DNA of 39,242 bases. Source: a virus. Its lineage: Duplodnaviria; Caudoviricetes. The number at the start of each line of letters is the position of its first letter. Within the stretch, counting starts at the first letter, position 1. Shown here piece by piece: positions 10,201-18,577 of the stretch. The stretch spans positions 1 through 39,242 of IMG/VR virus record IMGVR_UViG_3300016471_000088; one strand, given 5' to 3'. A model generated the notes under the pieces. That model saw only the letters and a program-made list of their open reading frames with translations. It made no database searches and was not told the DNA's origin. The translations under genes and the position numbers were made by a program.

Positions 10201-10530
10201 CAGGCCGCCATTGGCTGCCGCAGCGCTCTGAAACTTGCGCAGCCGCGCCTCGCCCGCCTCGATGTCGCGGGTGAGCATCTTGAACGACCGGCTGCCGAAC
10301 TCGGCCTGGTCGCGCAGCGCCCGCAATGCGCCAACGGTTTTCTGCAGGCCGGCGATCGTGTTGTTGGACGATGAGCCGAGCCGTTGCGTGGCGGTGTAGA
10401 GCTGATCGAGCGATCGCTTGCTGACGTTGCTCTGCTGAACCAACCCCTGCAGGTTGCGTTTCAGCTGATCAAGTCCCTGCCCTTCCAGCTTGGCTGTGAA
10501 CTTGATCGCCGTGTCGAGGGTCATCGCCAT
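7294..10530 (-). CDS. Tape measure protein with internal lysozyme/transglycosylase-like domain
   Basis: 1078 aa, Ala/Gln-rich. QLKQALGAGVLQGDELRSIREQAP tape-measure motif; AIAMAESRG...SYGLWQINM...GFGAWSVY; C-terminal FADGG...GEGSMPEAFVPL and QKRPGGLI. Confidence 0.93.
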   Translation of the reverse strand: MAMTLDTAIKFTAKLEGQGLDQLKRNLQGLVQQSNVSKRSLDQLYTATQRLGSSSNNTIAGLQKTVGALRALRDQAEFGSRSFKMLTRDIEAGEARLRKFQSAAAANGGLTRGGALLAGFAGGVAGSLTTMATSGAMDAVRGTVQVGLQAESARVRLKALTDQFGEYNQAQAASARIAQTLRISQTEAENAFSKLYAALRPTGVTLKEVEDAYIGFSAAARASGATAEETSNALVQLKQALGAGVLQGDELRSIREQAPAVGQAIAKELGVSIGELKKLGEEGKITTDVVLRALARLKGEKLDELNAQFDTGAQALKDLQNAAEGVGKSLSRIFGPTALATVKAFAFGLRDVANVLNALSGDKGAEAIIQDRVRARDQASAEAGSRFGLFDLGGKQSFFQQRQEQLFQQFQRERAASGATDRPNAAQTAAQRAAELERQQARARAGLAEELKIREATELKLRDFREQTIQRAAELERDLGDQRLQLERNTSEARRRIAAQEADFQTERERLRLRANGLSTDALDLQQRLNDATRRFTEQKIQIEQNATDKKVQLERTIEDYKLNVARGISEILQDAADKMAQKMVGGAKQAASELGGGSDAAGFVPGGSLGVGKLVGLARQAGFKGQDAATMAAIAMAESRGRTGALNNNPRTGDLSYGLWQINMLGGMGPQRRRAFGINSNEALFDPATNANAARRVFQSQGFGAWSVYRSGAYKNYLPAAMAAGAGAGAGAGAGAGGGAAAASAIPGLPGVAAAGQRLSAAIAANRGAGTTAALGDLIASRQSELGNVTSELDSQKRSVSDQLRDYQRIVELQRSGLSPELAKQRVDAENAAMAETAKLTTLRAQLVEDRQITGLSDQQKAALDGMISSIDQRVAKQGEVVAGLTAEQQQLEQLQTAYEQKKQVVEGIANSIGNGIGGAIDLLIEGTDNWGQSLQQIAAGVLKDIARQLAQTLVVAPIVKGITSAFGFADGGIMTADGPLPLRKYAGGGIASSPQLAMFGEGSMPEAFVPLPDGRRIPVAMQGGAGGNPVINVSVDAKGTSVQGDGGRGEQLARVVAQAVQAELIKQKRPGGLIAA
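8316..8357. repeat. Perfect hexamer tandem repeat (CACCGG)x7 encoding (Ala-Gly)7 in the tape measure
   Basis: Read directly from the sequence. Confidence 0.95.
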
Positions 10531-10533
10531 GGC

Positions 10534-10866
10534 TCAGCCCTCTCGATTCATTGCCGCCAGCGCCGCGCCTTCCATCACCTGCAGGTCCTCCAGGAGCGCG
10601 CGCGGGTCGTCCACTGAGTACATCTTAAAGAGCCAGGCCAGCGCCGAGTAATCGAGGCCGATCGCCCCGCCTGCGCTGGTCCGCCATTGCGTCTGCACCC
10701 GGCACCACATCTCGATCGCGTCCCAGTTCTCCGGCCACACCTCAAAACGCTCCGGCGCAGCCTGATCCTCAAAAACGACACCGAACGCGTCGGCGTCGTC
10801 ATCGAGCTGTTTGCCGTTGTCCTTGCCCCCGGCCGCCCAATACTCGGCGGCCTCGGTCAGTTTTTT
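10534..10866 (-). CDS. Tail assembly chaperone T portion (GT fusion via -1 frameshift), DUF1799-like
   Basis: -1 frame KLTEAAEYW...FEVWPENWDAIEMWCRVQTQWR...IGLDY...LQVMEGAAL between G and the tape measure. Confidence 0.85.
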   Translation of the reverse strand, partial: KKLTEAAEYWAAGGKDNGKQLDDDADAFGVVFEDQAAPERFEVWPENWDAIEMWCRVQTQWRTSAGGAIGLDYSALAWLFKMYSVDDPRALLEDLQVMEGAALAAMNREG

Positions 10867-11198
10867 CGCTTGCCCTTGCTCAGCGAATCCAGCCAGCTGC
10901 TCACCAGTGCAGCAGCCACCAGCGGCACATTCAGCAGATCGGCCTTGGCCTTTTCGCTGTAGGGCACGTCGGTTCCTTTGCCGTCCTGGATGCCGCTCCA
11001 ACCGACCAGCACCTGGTCGCAGAGCTCATCGTCGGTCAGGTCGCCGCTCTGAATCTGATCCCAGATCTCGCGGATGCGCGCCTGCGGCAGCCGCTTGAAC
11101 TCGGCGTCGAACGTCTGTTTGTCGAACCGGCCACCATCGACAGGGAACTCGACGGTGACCGGCCAGGTGTAGGACTCGCTCTGCGAGAGAACGAACAT
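10857..11198 (-). CDS. Tail assembly chaperone G
   Basis: 113 aa between tail tube and tape measure; VLVGWSGIQD motif; ends in KRKN at the slippery site. Confidence 0.85.
   Translation of the reverse strand: MFVLSQSESYTWPVTVEFPVDGGRFDKQTFDAEFKRLPQARIREIWDQIQSGDLTDDELCDQVLVGWSGIQDGKGTDVPYSEKAKADLLNVPLVAAALVSSWLDSLSKGKRKN
10860..10866 (-). promoter_or_regulatory. Programmed -1 frameshift slippery site A AAA AAC
   Basis: Minus strand CGA AAA AAC TGA at the end of G; X XXY YYZ heptamer; a -1 shift enters the T frame. Confidence 0.85.
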
Positions 11199-11208
11199 TC
11201 AGGGCTCC

Positions 11209-12141
11209 TTAGGTGAAAGCCAGGCTGAACTCATCGTTGCCGGCCGAGGTGGGCAGAGCCACGTAGGGCAGGTTCAGGGTGGCGATGCCATCCTGGTCGC
11301 CGTAGGTCGGCTGACCGATGTCAGTTTGGCCTGCGGTGAAGGTTACCCGGTTGCCGGCAGTGGTGCCATGCAGGAAGGTCAGGTTGCCGGTGGTGCTGCC
11401 AAGCGCGGCGGTGAAGTAGTCCTTGGTGGCGATGGTCGGAGCCTCGATCACCACGTCGCCAGCAGGCTTGCGGTCGGTGATGAGCACCTGCTTGGTGCAA
11501 CCGATCAGCTCGCGATAGACGATTTCATTCGCCAGGTTGAAGCTCACCGAGCTCAGGCAGCCGGCGTAAGAGAAGAACTGGAACGCCGAGGTGTTGCCTT
11601 CCTTGAAGATCAGCGGGGTGGCCTGGTTGCTGTAGGTGACGGCAGGCGCAGCGGTATCGGTCGGCGCGTTGTAGATGCCGGTCATCTCAAACTGCAGCAC
11701 GGGGATCTGGCCGAGCTGGCAGTTCATCGACACAGTGCCACGAGCGCCGGTCAGTTTGTGCTGCACGCCGTCGAGGTTGTAGACGATGGTGACCGAGCTG
11801 AACGAAGCCGACACCGGCGCATAGGTCACCGAGGTGCTGGCGACGATGGTGGCCGACATGGCGCAGGCCTTCAGCAGCGCGTCGTACTTCGGAGCGGTGC
11901 CAGCAGTGCCAGAGCCAGCCAGCTCCACCTCGAAGCTGCAACGCACCCGAGTGTTGGCCAGCAGAACTTCGCTGTTGCCGTAGTACGGGCGGATCAGATC
12001 GCGGGTGACAGAATCCGACTCCAGCGGCGTCACCTCAAGCGACCGCACCAGAACAGCGTCGGTGCCGGCGGGAACGCTGTCGGTGCCGTAGGTGGACTCA
12101 GTCTTCGCCAGGATCAGGCGTTTGCGGCTCAGAAGCGCCAT
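11209..12141 (-). CDS. Major tail tube protein
   Basis: 310 aa. ILAKTESTYGTD, FEVELAGSGTAGTAP, GARG, ITDRKPAG, GNDEFSL; position before the chaperones. Confidence 0.88.
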   Translation of the reverse strand: MALLSRKRLILAKTESTYGTDSVPAGTDAVLVRSLEVTPLESDSVTRDLIRPYYGNSEVLLANTRVRCSFEVELAGSGTAGTAPKYDALLKACAMSATIVASTSVTYAPVSASFSSVTIVYNLDGVQHKLTGARGTVSMNCQLGQIPVLQFEMTGIYNAPTDTAAPAVTYSNQATPLIFKEGNTSAFQFFSYAGCLSSVSFNLANEIVYRELIGCTKQVLITDRKPAGDVVIEAPTIATKDYFTAALGSTTGNLTFLHGTTAGNRVTFTAGQTDIGQPTYGDQDGIATLNLPYVALPTSAGNDEFSLAFT

Positions 12142-12274
12142 TGCTCAATTCCTCAGGTTCGGGGTTGAGGGGTTGGGCCGGCTCTGTCCGCTCAATGAGC
12201 TTCCGCTTGCCGGTTTTGGGGTCAAGCAGGTAAGTCCCGCCCTGGCCCCAGTATTCGTCTTCCATCGTAGCCAT
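12098..12274 (-). CDS. Small hypothetical protein (start 12274 or 12265)
   Basis: MATMEDEYWGQGGTYLLDPKTGKRKLIERT fills the gap between terminator and tube genes; overlaps the tube start by 44 nt. Confidence 0.6.
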   Translation of the reverse strand: MATMEDEYWGQGGTYLLDPKTGKRKLIERTEPAQPLNPEPEELSNGASEPQTPDPGED

Positions 12275-12276
12275 GA

Positions 12277-12702
12277 TCAGCTTGCCAGATTCGTGACTGA
12301 GGTTCTGTACTTGACACGATAGTCGCACTGCACCTCGCCAGCTGCGCCATCAGCCTCTGTGAACACGAATGACACGCCAACAGGCTGAACGTCGTAGGCG
12401 ATGCCACCCAGCGTCAGGTCAGCCATGAGCTTGCTGTGCAGGCTCTCCACGATGGGGTCAGCCTGCTGGTCAGGGATTGCACCGCGCACGATCACGGTGA
12501 CCCGCACGGTGAGGGTCCAGTCCAAGGTGGGCAGGCTGGTCGCCTGGTTCGCTGTGTCATTGAGCGGCTCCACAATGATGGCGGGGCTTTCCTCCCGCGG
12601 CACGGGCTCAACGCGCGTGCGATAGATCCGCGTGCCAACCCCGGTAGTTCCGGTGAGCGCCGTGCGCACGGCGGCAAGGATGGTCTCGCGCTTAGTCGTC
12701 AT
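12277..12702 (-). CDS. Tail terminator / completion protein (gpU-like)
   Basis: 141 aa. RETILAAV..L..., RIYRTR, PAIIVEP, size and position before the tube. Confidence 0.75.
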   Translation of the reverse strand: MTTKRETILAAVRTALTGTTGVGTRIYRTRVEPVPREESPAIIVEPLNDTANQATSLPTLDWTLTVRVTVIVRGAIPDQQADPIVESLHSKLMADLTLGGIAYDVQPVGVSFVFTEADGAAGEVQCDYRVKYRTSVTNLAS

Positions 12703-13505
12703 GCCCAGGGTCCGACTGAGGTGTTGGCGCCTGCGGCACCGATGGGCCAGATGGTAAAAAAGCTACCCGCAACAGTTGAATACGCCCCGCCCGGTGCCGC
12801 GCTGAGCTGATACTGCGGGGTGAACGTGCCGCCAGCGTTGACGCTTACTGTGCCGTGGTATGTGTAGCCATACTGAATCGTGGATGCCGTTGTTGCGCTG
12901 GTTAGGTTTGCCAATGTGGCGGCAGATAGATGCGCGGCAATAGTTGTTCCTGTCCCCACCGTGGGCGGTGCGACAGTTGCGCCTGTCACGTAAGCGGTAT
13001 AAAAAATGTTATTCAGTGTCGCTGTTCCGCCGAATAAAATTCCAAATGTATGCGAAGTTGTGCCGGATGTTTTTGATACAAGAAAATCTGCAGTAAAAGC
13101 GTAGACAGTCGAGGCTTGAAGGGTAACGCCGACATTGAAAAGCGACTGAGCCCCTGTAGCGTTATTTCCTGTGTGATTACTATTCAGCCGATAAAACATC
13201 ATTGACGGCGACACGCCACGCGCTACTGGCGTGGTGTAAATCACCTTGCCGTCATATTCCATTGCGCCAGCCGTAGCCGTTGTCAGGTTCGTGCCTGACT
13301 GCATGGTCAATGGTGACAGTGATGTGGTGCCGGCTGCCAGCGTCAAATTGCTGGTCAACGTTCCACCCGTAAAACCACTAGCAGGCGACCATGTAGGAGT
13401 CGCACCAGAACCAGCAGAGGTTAGGACTTGACCCGATGTTCCGGCAGACCCCGCAAGTTGCAGGGCGCCGCGAAGGTCAATGCCGTTTTCAATCCGTCTG
13501 GTCAT
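12699..13505 (-). CDS. Fibre-like virion protein
   Basis: Thr/Gly/Ser-rich; GTSGQVLTSAGSGATPTW and GGTLTSNL fibre motifs; AT-richer C-terminal half. Confidence 0.6.
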   Translation of the reverse strand: MTRRIENGIDLRGALQLAGSAGTSGQVLTSAGSGATPTWSPASGFTGGTLTSNLTLAAGTTSLSPLTMQSGTNLTTATAGAMEYDGKVIYTTPVARGVSPSMMFYRLNSNHTGNNATGAQSLFNVGVTLQASTVYAFTADFLVSKTSGTTSHTFGILFGGTATLNNIFYTAYVTGATVAPPTVGTGTTIAAHLSAATLANLTSATTASTIQYGYTYHGTVSVNAGGTFTPQYQLSAAPGGAYSTVAGSFFTIWPIGAAGANTSVGPWA

Positions 13506-14293
13506 CAGCCAATGACCACTACGCGGTAAGCATTAGAAGCCGGGGCAGTGGCAAACACAATGGTCAGCGTATTAGTTGTGGTATGCGTAACATCAGCAAT
13601 TACCTCGTCGTAGCTGCTGTTGTTGTAAACAGTCACATGCACGTCGCGGCTGGCGAGGTTGTGCGTAACCGTATAGCTGGTCGCGCTGCCGTCACCGATG
13701 CTCACCGAGTATTTCTTTATGCGACCAGACCAAGTGGCCAGCTTCAGCGGCGTGATGATGCGAAGGTCATCAGTGCCAGCGTCAACTTCAGCTTGTGTCG
13801 CAAGTTCAGCAATACCGGCGGTCGTTTCACTGGCTGCAGGCGCAGCGGTGCCAAACGTCACCCAACTGATCGTGCTGCTGCCAAGCGTGCCGTTGACCTG
13901 ATCCTGACGGTAACTGGTGCTGGCGCTGGTACCTTCCTCCACCGTGGTGACGGCCTGCTCTAGCTGAGCGAACGTGCTGGCGTCCAGCGCCCGAGTCATG
14001 GCAACGGCAGAGCCGTTCCAGACGTAGATGCCGTTCTCGGATGCGGTGCTCTGCGAACGCACCAGCACCCGGTCCTGCGACGCCATTGTGATGCCGTCGA
14101 TCGTCGCGCCGGGGCTGCTCAGGTTGATGTTGGCCTGCGTTGCAACGCGACAGCTGTCCTTCCACGCCAGACCCTCAACCAGCGAGTCCACATAGGACTT
14201 CGGCGCCGCATCACCGCTGGCCGACGGGCTCGGCAAGTTGATGACCTTGGAAACCGACTGGAAATCAAAATCGGCAAAAATCTTCCGAGCCAT
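13505..14293 (-). CDS. Fibre-like virion protein
   Basis: DAAPKSYVD, DRVLVRSQSTASENGIY, AGIAELATQAEVDAGTDDLRIITPLKL fibre motifs. Confidence 0.7.
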   Translation of the reverse strand: MARKIFADFDFQSVSKVINLPSPSASGDAAPKSYVDSLVEGLAWKDSCRVATQANINLSSPGATIDGITMASQDRVLVRSQSTASENGIYVWNGSAVAMTRALDASTFAQLEQAVTTVEEGTSASTSYRQDQVNGTLGSSTISWVTFGTAAPAASETTAGIAELATQAEVDAGTDDLRIITPLKLATWSGRIKKYSVSIGDGSATSYTVTHNLASRDVHVTVYNNSSYDEVIADVTHTTTNTLTIVFATAPASNAYRVVVIG

Positions 14294-14294
14294 G

Positions 14295-14903
14295 TCAGGT
14301 CAGCCTCGCAAAGCCGGCGGTGGGCACTGTGAACACGATAACAGCGGTGTTCACACTGGGATGCGACACCTCTGCCTCGATCTCTTGGCTGCCGCTGTTG
14401 AACACCTCCACCGATGGCACATGGCCGAGGTTGTGATTGATCGTCCACGTTGCTGATGCTGTGGACTGCGTGAACACGTAGCCGGCACCTTCGTCGGTAC
14501 CGTCCACCCATTGCGTGCCGTCGTATTTCAGCACTTCGCCGGCGGTTGGATTGGTCAGCGACACGTCGGTGAGATCCTGCAGCCCGAACGTGCGCGGATC
14601 TTGCCCTGGCGCGGTGCTTCCAGGTGCCAAGCGCTGCAGCGCTACCTCGCAAAAAGCACCGTCATCCAAGCGGCGCACCTCGCGCACTTGGTAGTTCACG
14701 CCGGCCACCGTGATCCCATCGCCAAATAGCAGCCCGCCAAAGTCAGCAGCGCGAACCGTCAGCGTGTAGTCGGTCGTCAGCACCAGGTCGCCGCTGATGA
14801 TCTGGCTGGGCATGTCGAGGATGCCCAAAGCCGTCACAGCGCCAGCCGTGCAGCTGACGCCAAAGTCATTCAGGAAGACGTTCAGGTCCTCACTGAGCGC
14901 CAT
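14295..14903 (-). CDS. Head-closure / head-tail joining protein with C-terminal extension
   Basis: N-terminal ~95 aa (FLNDFGV...GILDMP...GDGITVAGVNYQVREVRRLDDG) resembles gpFII/Gifsy-2-type joining proteins; extra ~105 aa fibre-like tail. Confidence 0.65.
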   Translation of the reverse strand: MALSEDLNVFLNDFGVSCTAGAVTALGILDMPSQIISGDLVLTTDYTLTVRAADFGGLLFGDGITVAGVNYQVREVRRLDDGAFCEVALQRLAPGSTAPGQDPRTFGLQDLTDVSLTNPTAGEVLKYDGTQWVDGTDEGAGYVFTQSTASATWTINHNLGHVPSVEVFNSGSQEIEAEVSHPSVNTAVIVFTVPTAGFARLT

Positions 14904-15072
14904 CGGCCTTCACCTTGCGGGCAGCCTTTGGCTTTGGTTCCTCAGCCGGCGCTTCCACAGCCCGGCCAATTTGGATCAGCTCGGCGGCCACATTGGAATC
15001 CAGCTCGTAGACCTTGCCGGCCTCGAGGTATTCGCCCTTTGCGGCGCAGTCGATTTCGATCAAAACCTTCAT
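14890..15072 (-). CDS. Small capsid-associated hypothetical protein
   Basis: 60 aa directly after the capsid gene; AAELIQIGRA plus a Lys/Pro-rich tail typical of this position. Confidence 0.7.
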   Translation of the reverse strand: MKVLIEIDCAAKGEYLEAGKVYELDSNVAAELIQIGRAVEAPAEEPKPKAARKVKADGAQ

Positions 15073-15075
15073 GAG

Positions 15076-15101
15076 AAAAAAGGGGGCGGTTGCCCGCCCC
15101 C
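15076..15101 (-). terminator. Rho-independent terminator after the capsid gene
   Basis: GGGGGCGG-GCAA-CCGCCCCC followed by TTTTTT on the minus strand. Confidence 0.85.
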
Positions 15102-15108
15102 GCTCCTA

Positions 15109-16998
15109 TCAGGTGGTGATGTCCAGGATGGCGGCGAAGCTCTTGGGATCGCGCACGGCCACGTCATAGGAGACGATGCCGCGAACGCTGGTCAGAGCCT
15201 TGCTGAAGTCGTCCTGATCCTCACCCACGGTGATCTCGAGGCCGTTGCCCCAGAAACCAACGATGGCCTGGCTGAAGTCACCCATCAGCAGAGCCGAGCA
15301 GACGCCGCTGCTGGAACCCTTGGTCAGGTTGCTGGGCACCTGGTTGGTGGAGGCCAGGGGGTAGCCGTTCAGGGTGCCAGGGGTGGGACCACGGCCGATG
15401 CGGGCGGCGTCGGCGTTGAACAGGAAGGGACCGTCGCCGGTGGTGGAGCCACCTGCGCGCAGTTTCTTCAGGGCAGCCAGCACCTTGTAGTTGGTGAGGT
15501 AGGCCACGTTGCCGGGGTTCACCGCACCGTTCACCTGCATCACGGCAGCTTCCAGGTCCACCACCTTCTCGAGGGTGATTGCGCCACCGTTGGTGCCCAT
15601 GGCCACCGAGCCGATGCCGGAGGTCTGCATGATGCCGGTGGGCTGACCGGAAGAACCGGAGCCGTTCATGATGCCCAGGTCGATGGACAGGTTGATGCCA
15701 TCGGTCAGGTCACGACGCACCAGCTCCTCGATGCCAGGGGTGCCCTGCAGCAGGGTCTGGCGGCTGTACTTGGACAGGGCGGCCAGGTTCTTCGGCGTCA
15801 TGGTCACCTGGTCGAAGGTGGACTCCGACTGGGTGATCGCGGTGGTCTGGGTGCTCAGGTAGTAGGTCGAAGCCACGCCGGAGCGGCGGGGGATCGCCAC
15901 GTTGCCCACCAGGCCAGGCATGGTGCGCACGCCCAGCTGGAGCATCACTGCGTTGTTGCGCAGGAACTCGATGAACTCATCGGCCATCAGGTCGGTGGCA
16001 ACCAGGTTGCCGCCGGTGGAAGCGCCAGAGGTCACGTAGGTGGCGCGCTGAGCCAGAGCAGCAAAAGGAACGAAGAAGGAGCGCTCAGTGGTCTTGCTGA
16101 CGCCGGACTTCTCGACTTCCTTGCTGAGCTCACGCACCAGACCAGCTTCGCGGCTGCTCCAGTCGCCGGTCAGCATCGCGCGGATGCCAGCGGTGATGCT
16201 GTAAGCGGCGCGCTCGTCGGCGGCCATTTCAACGGGAGCCACGGTCTCGACCGGCTTAGCGCCGAGCTTGTCAAGCACAACGGCGCGAGCCTCGTCGAGG
16301 CTGCGGCCGCCCTCGATCAGCTGGCGGCCGATGTCGGCCATGCCGTGCTGGTCGCACAGTGCGGTGATGCCGGCAATGCGGGCGCGCTCGGCTTTGGCAG
16401 CCTCGGCAGCCGCTTCAGCCCGCACCGCTGACAGGTCAGGGGTGTTTTCCATCGGAACCTCAGGTTCAGGTTGGGGGGTCGGTGATGCGGCTGAGGCCGC
16501 AGGATCGGCCTCGAAAGACCGACCCACACCCACAGTGGGGTCTGCAGGTATGCTAACCACGCTCACTTCGTAGGGAGCCCAGTTGGTAGCGACGAAATCA
16601 CCGCTTCCACGTTGCTCCATGTCGAGGATCGCGTAGCCAAAGCTCACATTACGCAGCACGCCGTCGCGAACATCGGCGAGCACTTCTTGAGCAAACGCGT
16701 TGCGGCTGAACCGCACGTTCACGTAGCCGCGCTTTTTCTTGCCGTCGATCCAAGCGCGCTCGACCACGCCGATCACCTTGTTCGGGTCGTGGTTGAACAG
16801 CAGCGGCGCAGAGTCATTCAGGCGAGCAAGATCCACGCTGCGCTCATCGTGCTGCAGGATCTCGTTCCCGAAGTAACGGGCGACGGGGTACTCACTCGAG
16901 AAGGGGAACTCGATGCTGCGCTCGTCTTCGCTGACCGCAAAGTCAGCTACCTCCGAGCGCTTCAGCAGCTGCCCTTCAAGATCACGCGATAGGTCCAT
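15109..16998 (-). CDS. Fused prohead protease + HK97-fold major capsid protein
   Basis: Start trimmed to MDLSRD. Protease motifs PLLFNHD, NVSFGY, YEVSVVSIPADPTVG; Ala-rich linker; capsid GGNLVATDL...YSRQTLLQ...GDFSQ...DVAVRDPKSF. Confidence 0.92.
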   Translation of the reverse strand: MDLSRDLEGQLLKRSEVADFAVSEDERSIEFPFSSEYPVARYFGNEILQHDERSVDLARLNDSAPLLFNHDPNKVIGVVERAWIDGKKKRGYVNVRFSRNAFAQEVLADVRDGVLRNVSFGYAILDMEQRGSGDFVATNWAPYEVSVVSIPADPTVGVGRSFEADPAASAASPTPQPEPEVPMENTPDLSAVRAEAAAEAAKAERARIAGITALCDQHGMADIGRQLIEGGRSLDEARAVVLDKLGAKPVETVAPVEMAADERAAYSITAGIRAMLTGDWSSREAGLVRELSKEVEKSGVSKTTERSFFVPFAALAQRATYVTSGASTGGNLVATDLMADEFIEFLRNNAVMLQLGVRTMPGLVGNVAIPRRSGVASTYYLSTQTTAITQSESTFDQVTMTPKNLAALSKYSRQTLLQGTPGIEELVRRDLTDGINLSIDLGIMNGSGSSGQPTGIMQTSGIGSVAMGTNGGAITLEKVVDLEAAVMQVNGAVNPGNVAYLTNYKVLAALKKLRAGGSTTGDGPFLFNADAARIGRGPTPGTLNGYPLASTNQVPSNLTKGSSSGVCSALLMGDFSQAIVGFWGNGLEITVGEDQDDFSKALTSVRGIVSYDVAVRDPKSFAAILDITT

Positions 16999-18577
16999 CG
17001 GTGTTCTCGGCGTCATCTTGCACATTATCGTCGGTTGCGTCTGGATCACTGGTCGGGTCCAGTTCTTCCGCCTGATCTTCGGCCACATCGCCAGCCTGCT
17101 GTGTCCCGCTGGCGTTCACCTCATGCGGATCGGTGTCGAACGTCAGATCCAGCTCGTCGGTCATCTCGAGCTCCGCAGCCCTGGCCATCAGCAGCTCCTC
17201 GAGGTCGCCGCCCTGCTCCGCCACCACCTCGCCCAGCGTCTTGAAGCCGCAACGCACGGCGTCCTTGTAGGCCTGCACCTCCTTGGCCGGATCCACCCAC
17301 GCCCAGCCGCGCGGCATCCACCGCACCTGGCGGTAGCGCTCGGGGTCGGTCTCGTAGAACGGCAGGTTCACAGCGCCGCTCAGCACGGCCATTTCCAGCC
17401 AGGCCTCGTAGACCGGCTGATGGAAGTTCTCGATCAGGTACTGCTGCAGCGCGCGCCAATGGTCGCGATCCTCGAGCAGCGACAGCCGGCTGCTGCTGTA
17501 GTTCGTCTGGCTGAAGTCGCGGCTCACCGACTCGTAGCTGCAACCCACGCCGGCGGCCATTGCGCGCAGCATTGCCCGCAGGAACGGCTCAAACTGGCCA
17601 TCGGGCGCATCCAGCGCCGGCACCGTCACCTTCTCGCCAGGCGCGAGGTACTTGAACACGCCGGGCTCAAAATTCGACACCCGCTCCCCGTCGAGCACCT
17701 CATCGCCCTGCAGCTCGCCCTCCGGCGACTCGATGAAACCCATCAGCGCGCTGCTCGCTCGCGCGCGGATCACCTCGGCCTCCTCGTAGCCCGCCAGGTG
17801 GTGCAGCCGCTGGATGGCAGTCGCCAGCCACGGCACCCCGCGCGTCTGGCCGGGGCGCTCCACCAGGTAGAGGTGGATGATCTCGCTCGCCGGGATCAGC
17901 TGGTGCCGTGCGCTTGCCGGCGCGCTGAACGGCGCATCGCCCGGATGCTTGCGCAGAAACGCATAGGTCACCGGACGACCCCAGCGGTCGCACTCGACGC
18001 CCATGCGCCATTCGTTGCCGTCCACCGTGCTCTTGCCGGTGTAGTTGTCATCCAGCTGGTCGCTCTCGATCACCTCGAGCGCAAATGGCACCCGGCTGCC
18101 GCCAAACGGCTGCCGCACCTTGCGGATGAACACCTCGCCCGACTCGGCCATCGCGCCGACCACCAGGCGCTGCAAATCCTGGAAGCTCAGCCGCCCGGCC
18201 GTGTTGCAGTACTGCTTCTTGCACCAGGCCTTCCAGGCCATCTCGATCGCTTCGTTCACCGGCTGATCCAGCCGGCCGCCGCCGCGCACCATCCGCACCT
18301 GCGCCTGCATCCTGATGCCGGTGCCGACCACGTTGTTCTTCACCGCGCGGATCGCCTGGCGCGCGTAGTCGTTGTCGCGGATCAGCTGGCGGCTGCGGTT
18401 GCGCAACCTCGGCAGGCTGCCCTTGATCTCAGCGTCGGCGCTGGTGCCGCTTGTCACCCAGTCAGCCGTCAGGCGGCTCGCCATCGCGCCCTGATACATC
18501 CGCCGGCGTGGCGCTGGCGCTGGGGCTGGAGCAGGGCTGCGGCGGAACAGCTCGCGGATCGCAGAACGGACGCCCAT
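16982..18577 (-). CDS. Portal protein, lambda family
   Basis: LRNRSRQLIRDNDYA, RPGQTRGVPWL, DFSQTNYSSSRLSLLE, WVDPAKEV. Confidence 0.95.
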   Translation of the reverse strand: MGVRSAIRELFRRSPAPAPAPAPRRRMYQGAMASRLTADWVTSGTSADAEIKGSLPRLRNRSRQLIRDNDYARQAIRAVKNNVVGTGIRMQAQVRMVRGGGRLDQPVNEAIEMAWKAWCKKQYCNTAGRLSFQDLQRLVVGAMAESGEVFIRKVRQPFGGSRVPFALEVIESDQLDDNYTGKSTVDGNEWRMGVECDRWGRPVTYAFLRKHPGDAPFSAPASARHQLIPASEIIHLYLVERPGQTRGVPWLATAIQRLHHLAGYEEAEVIRARASSALMGFIESPEGELQGDEVLDGERVSNFEPGVFKYLAPGEKVTVPALDAPDGQFEPFLRAMLRAMAAGVGCSYESVSRDFSQTNYSSSRLSLLEDRDHWRALQQYLIENFHQPVYEAWLEMAVLSGAVNLPFYETDPERYRQVRWMPRGWAWVDPAKEVQAYKDAVRCGFKTLGEVVAEQGGDLEELLMARAAELEMTDELDLTFDTDPHEVNASGTQQAGDVAEDQAEELDPTSDPDATDDNVQDDAENTDGPIA

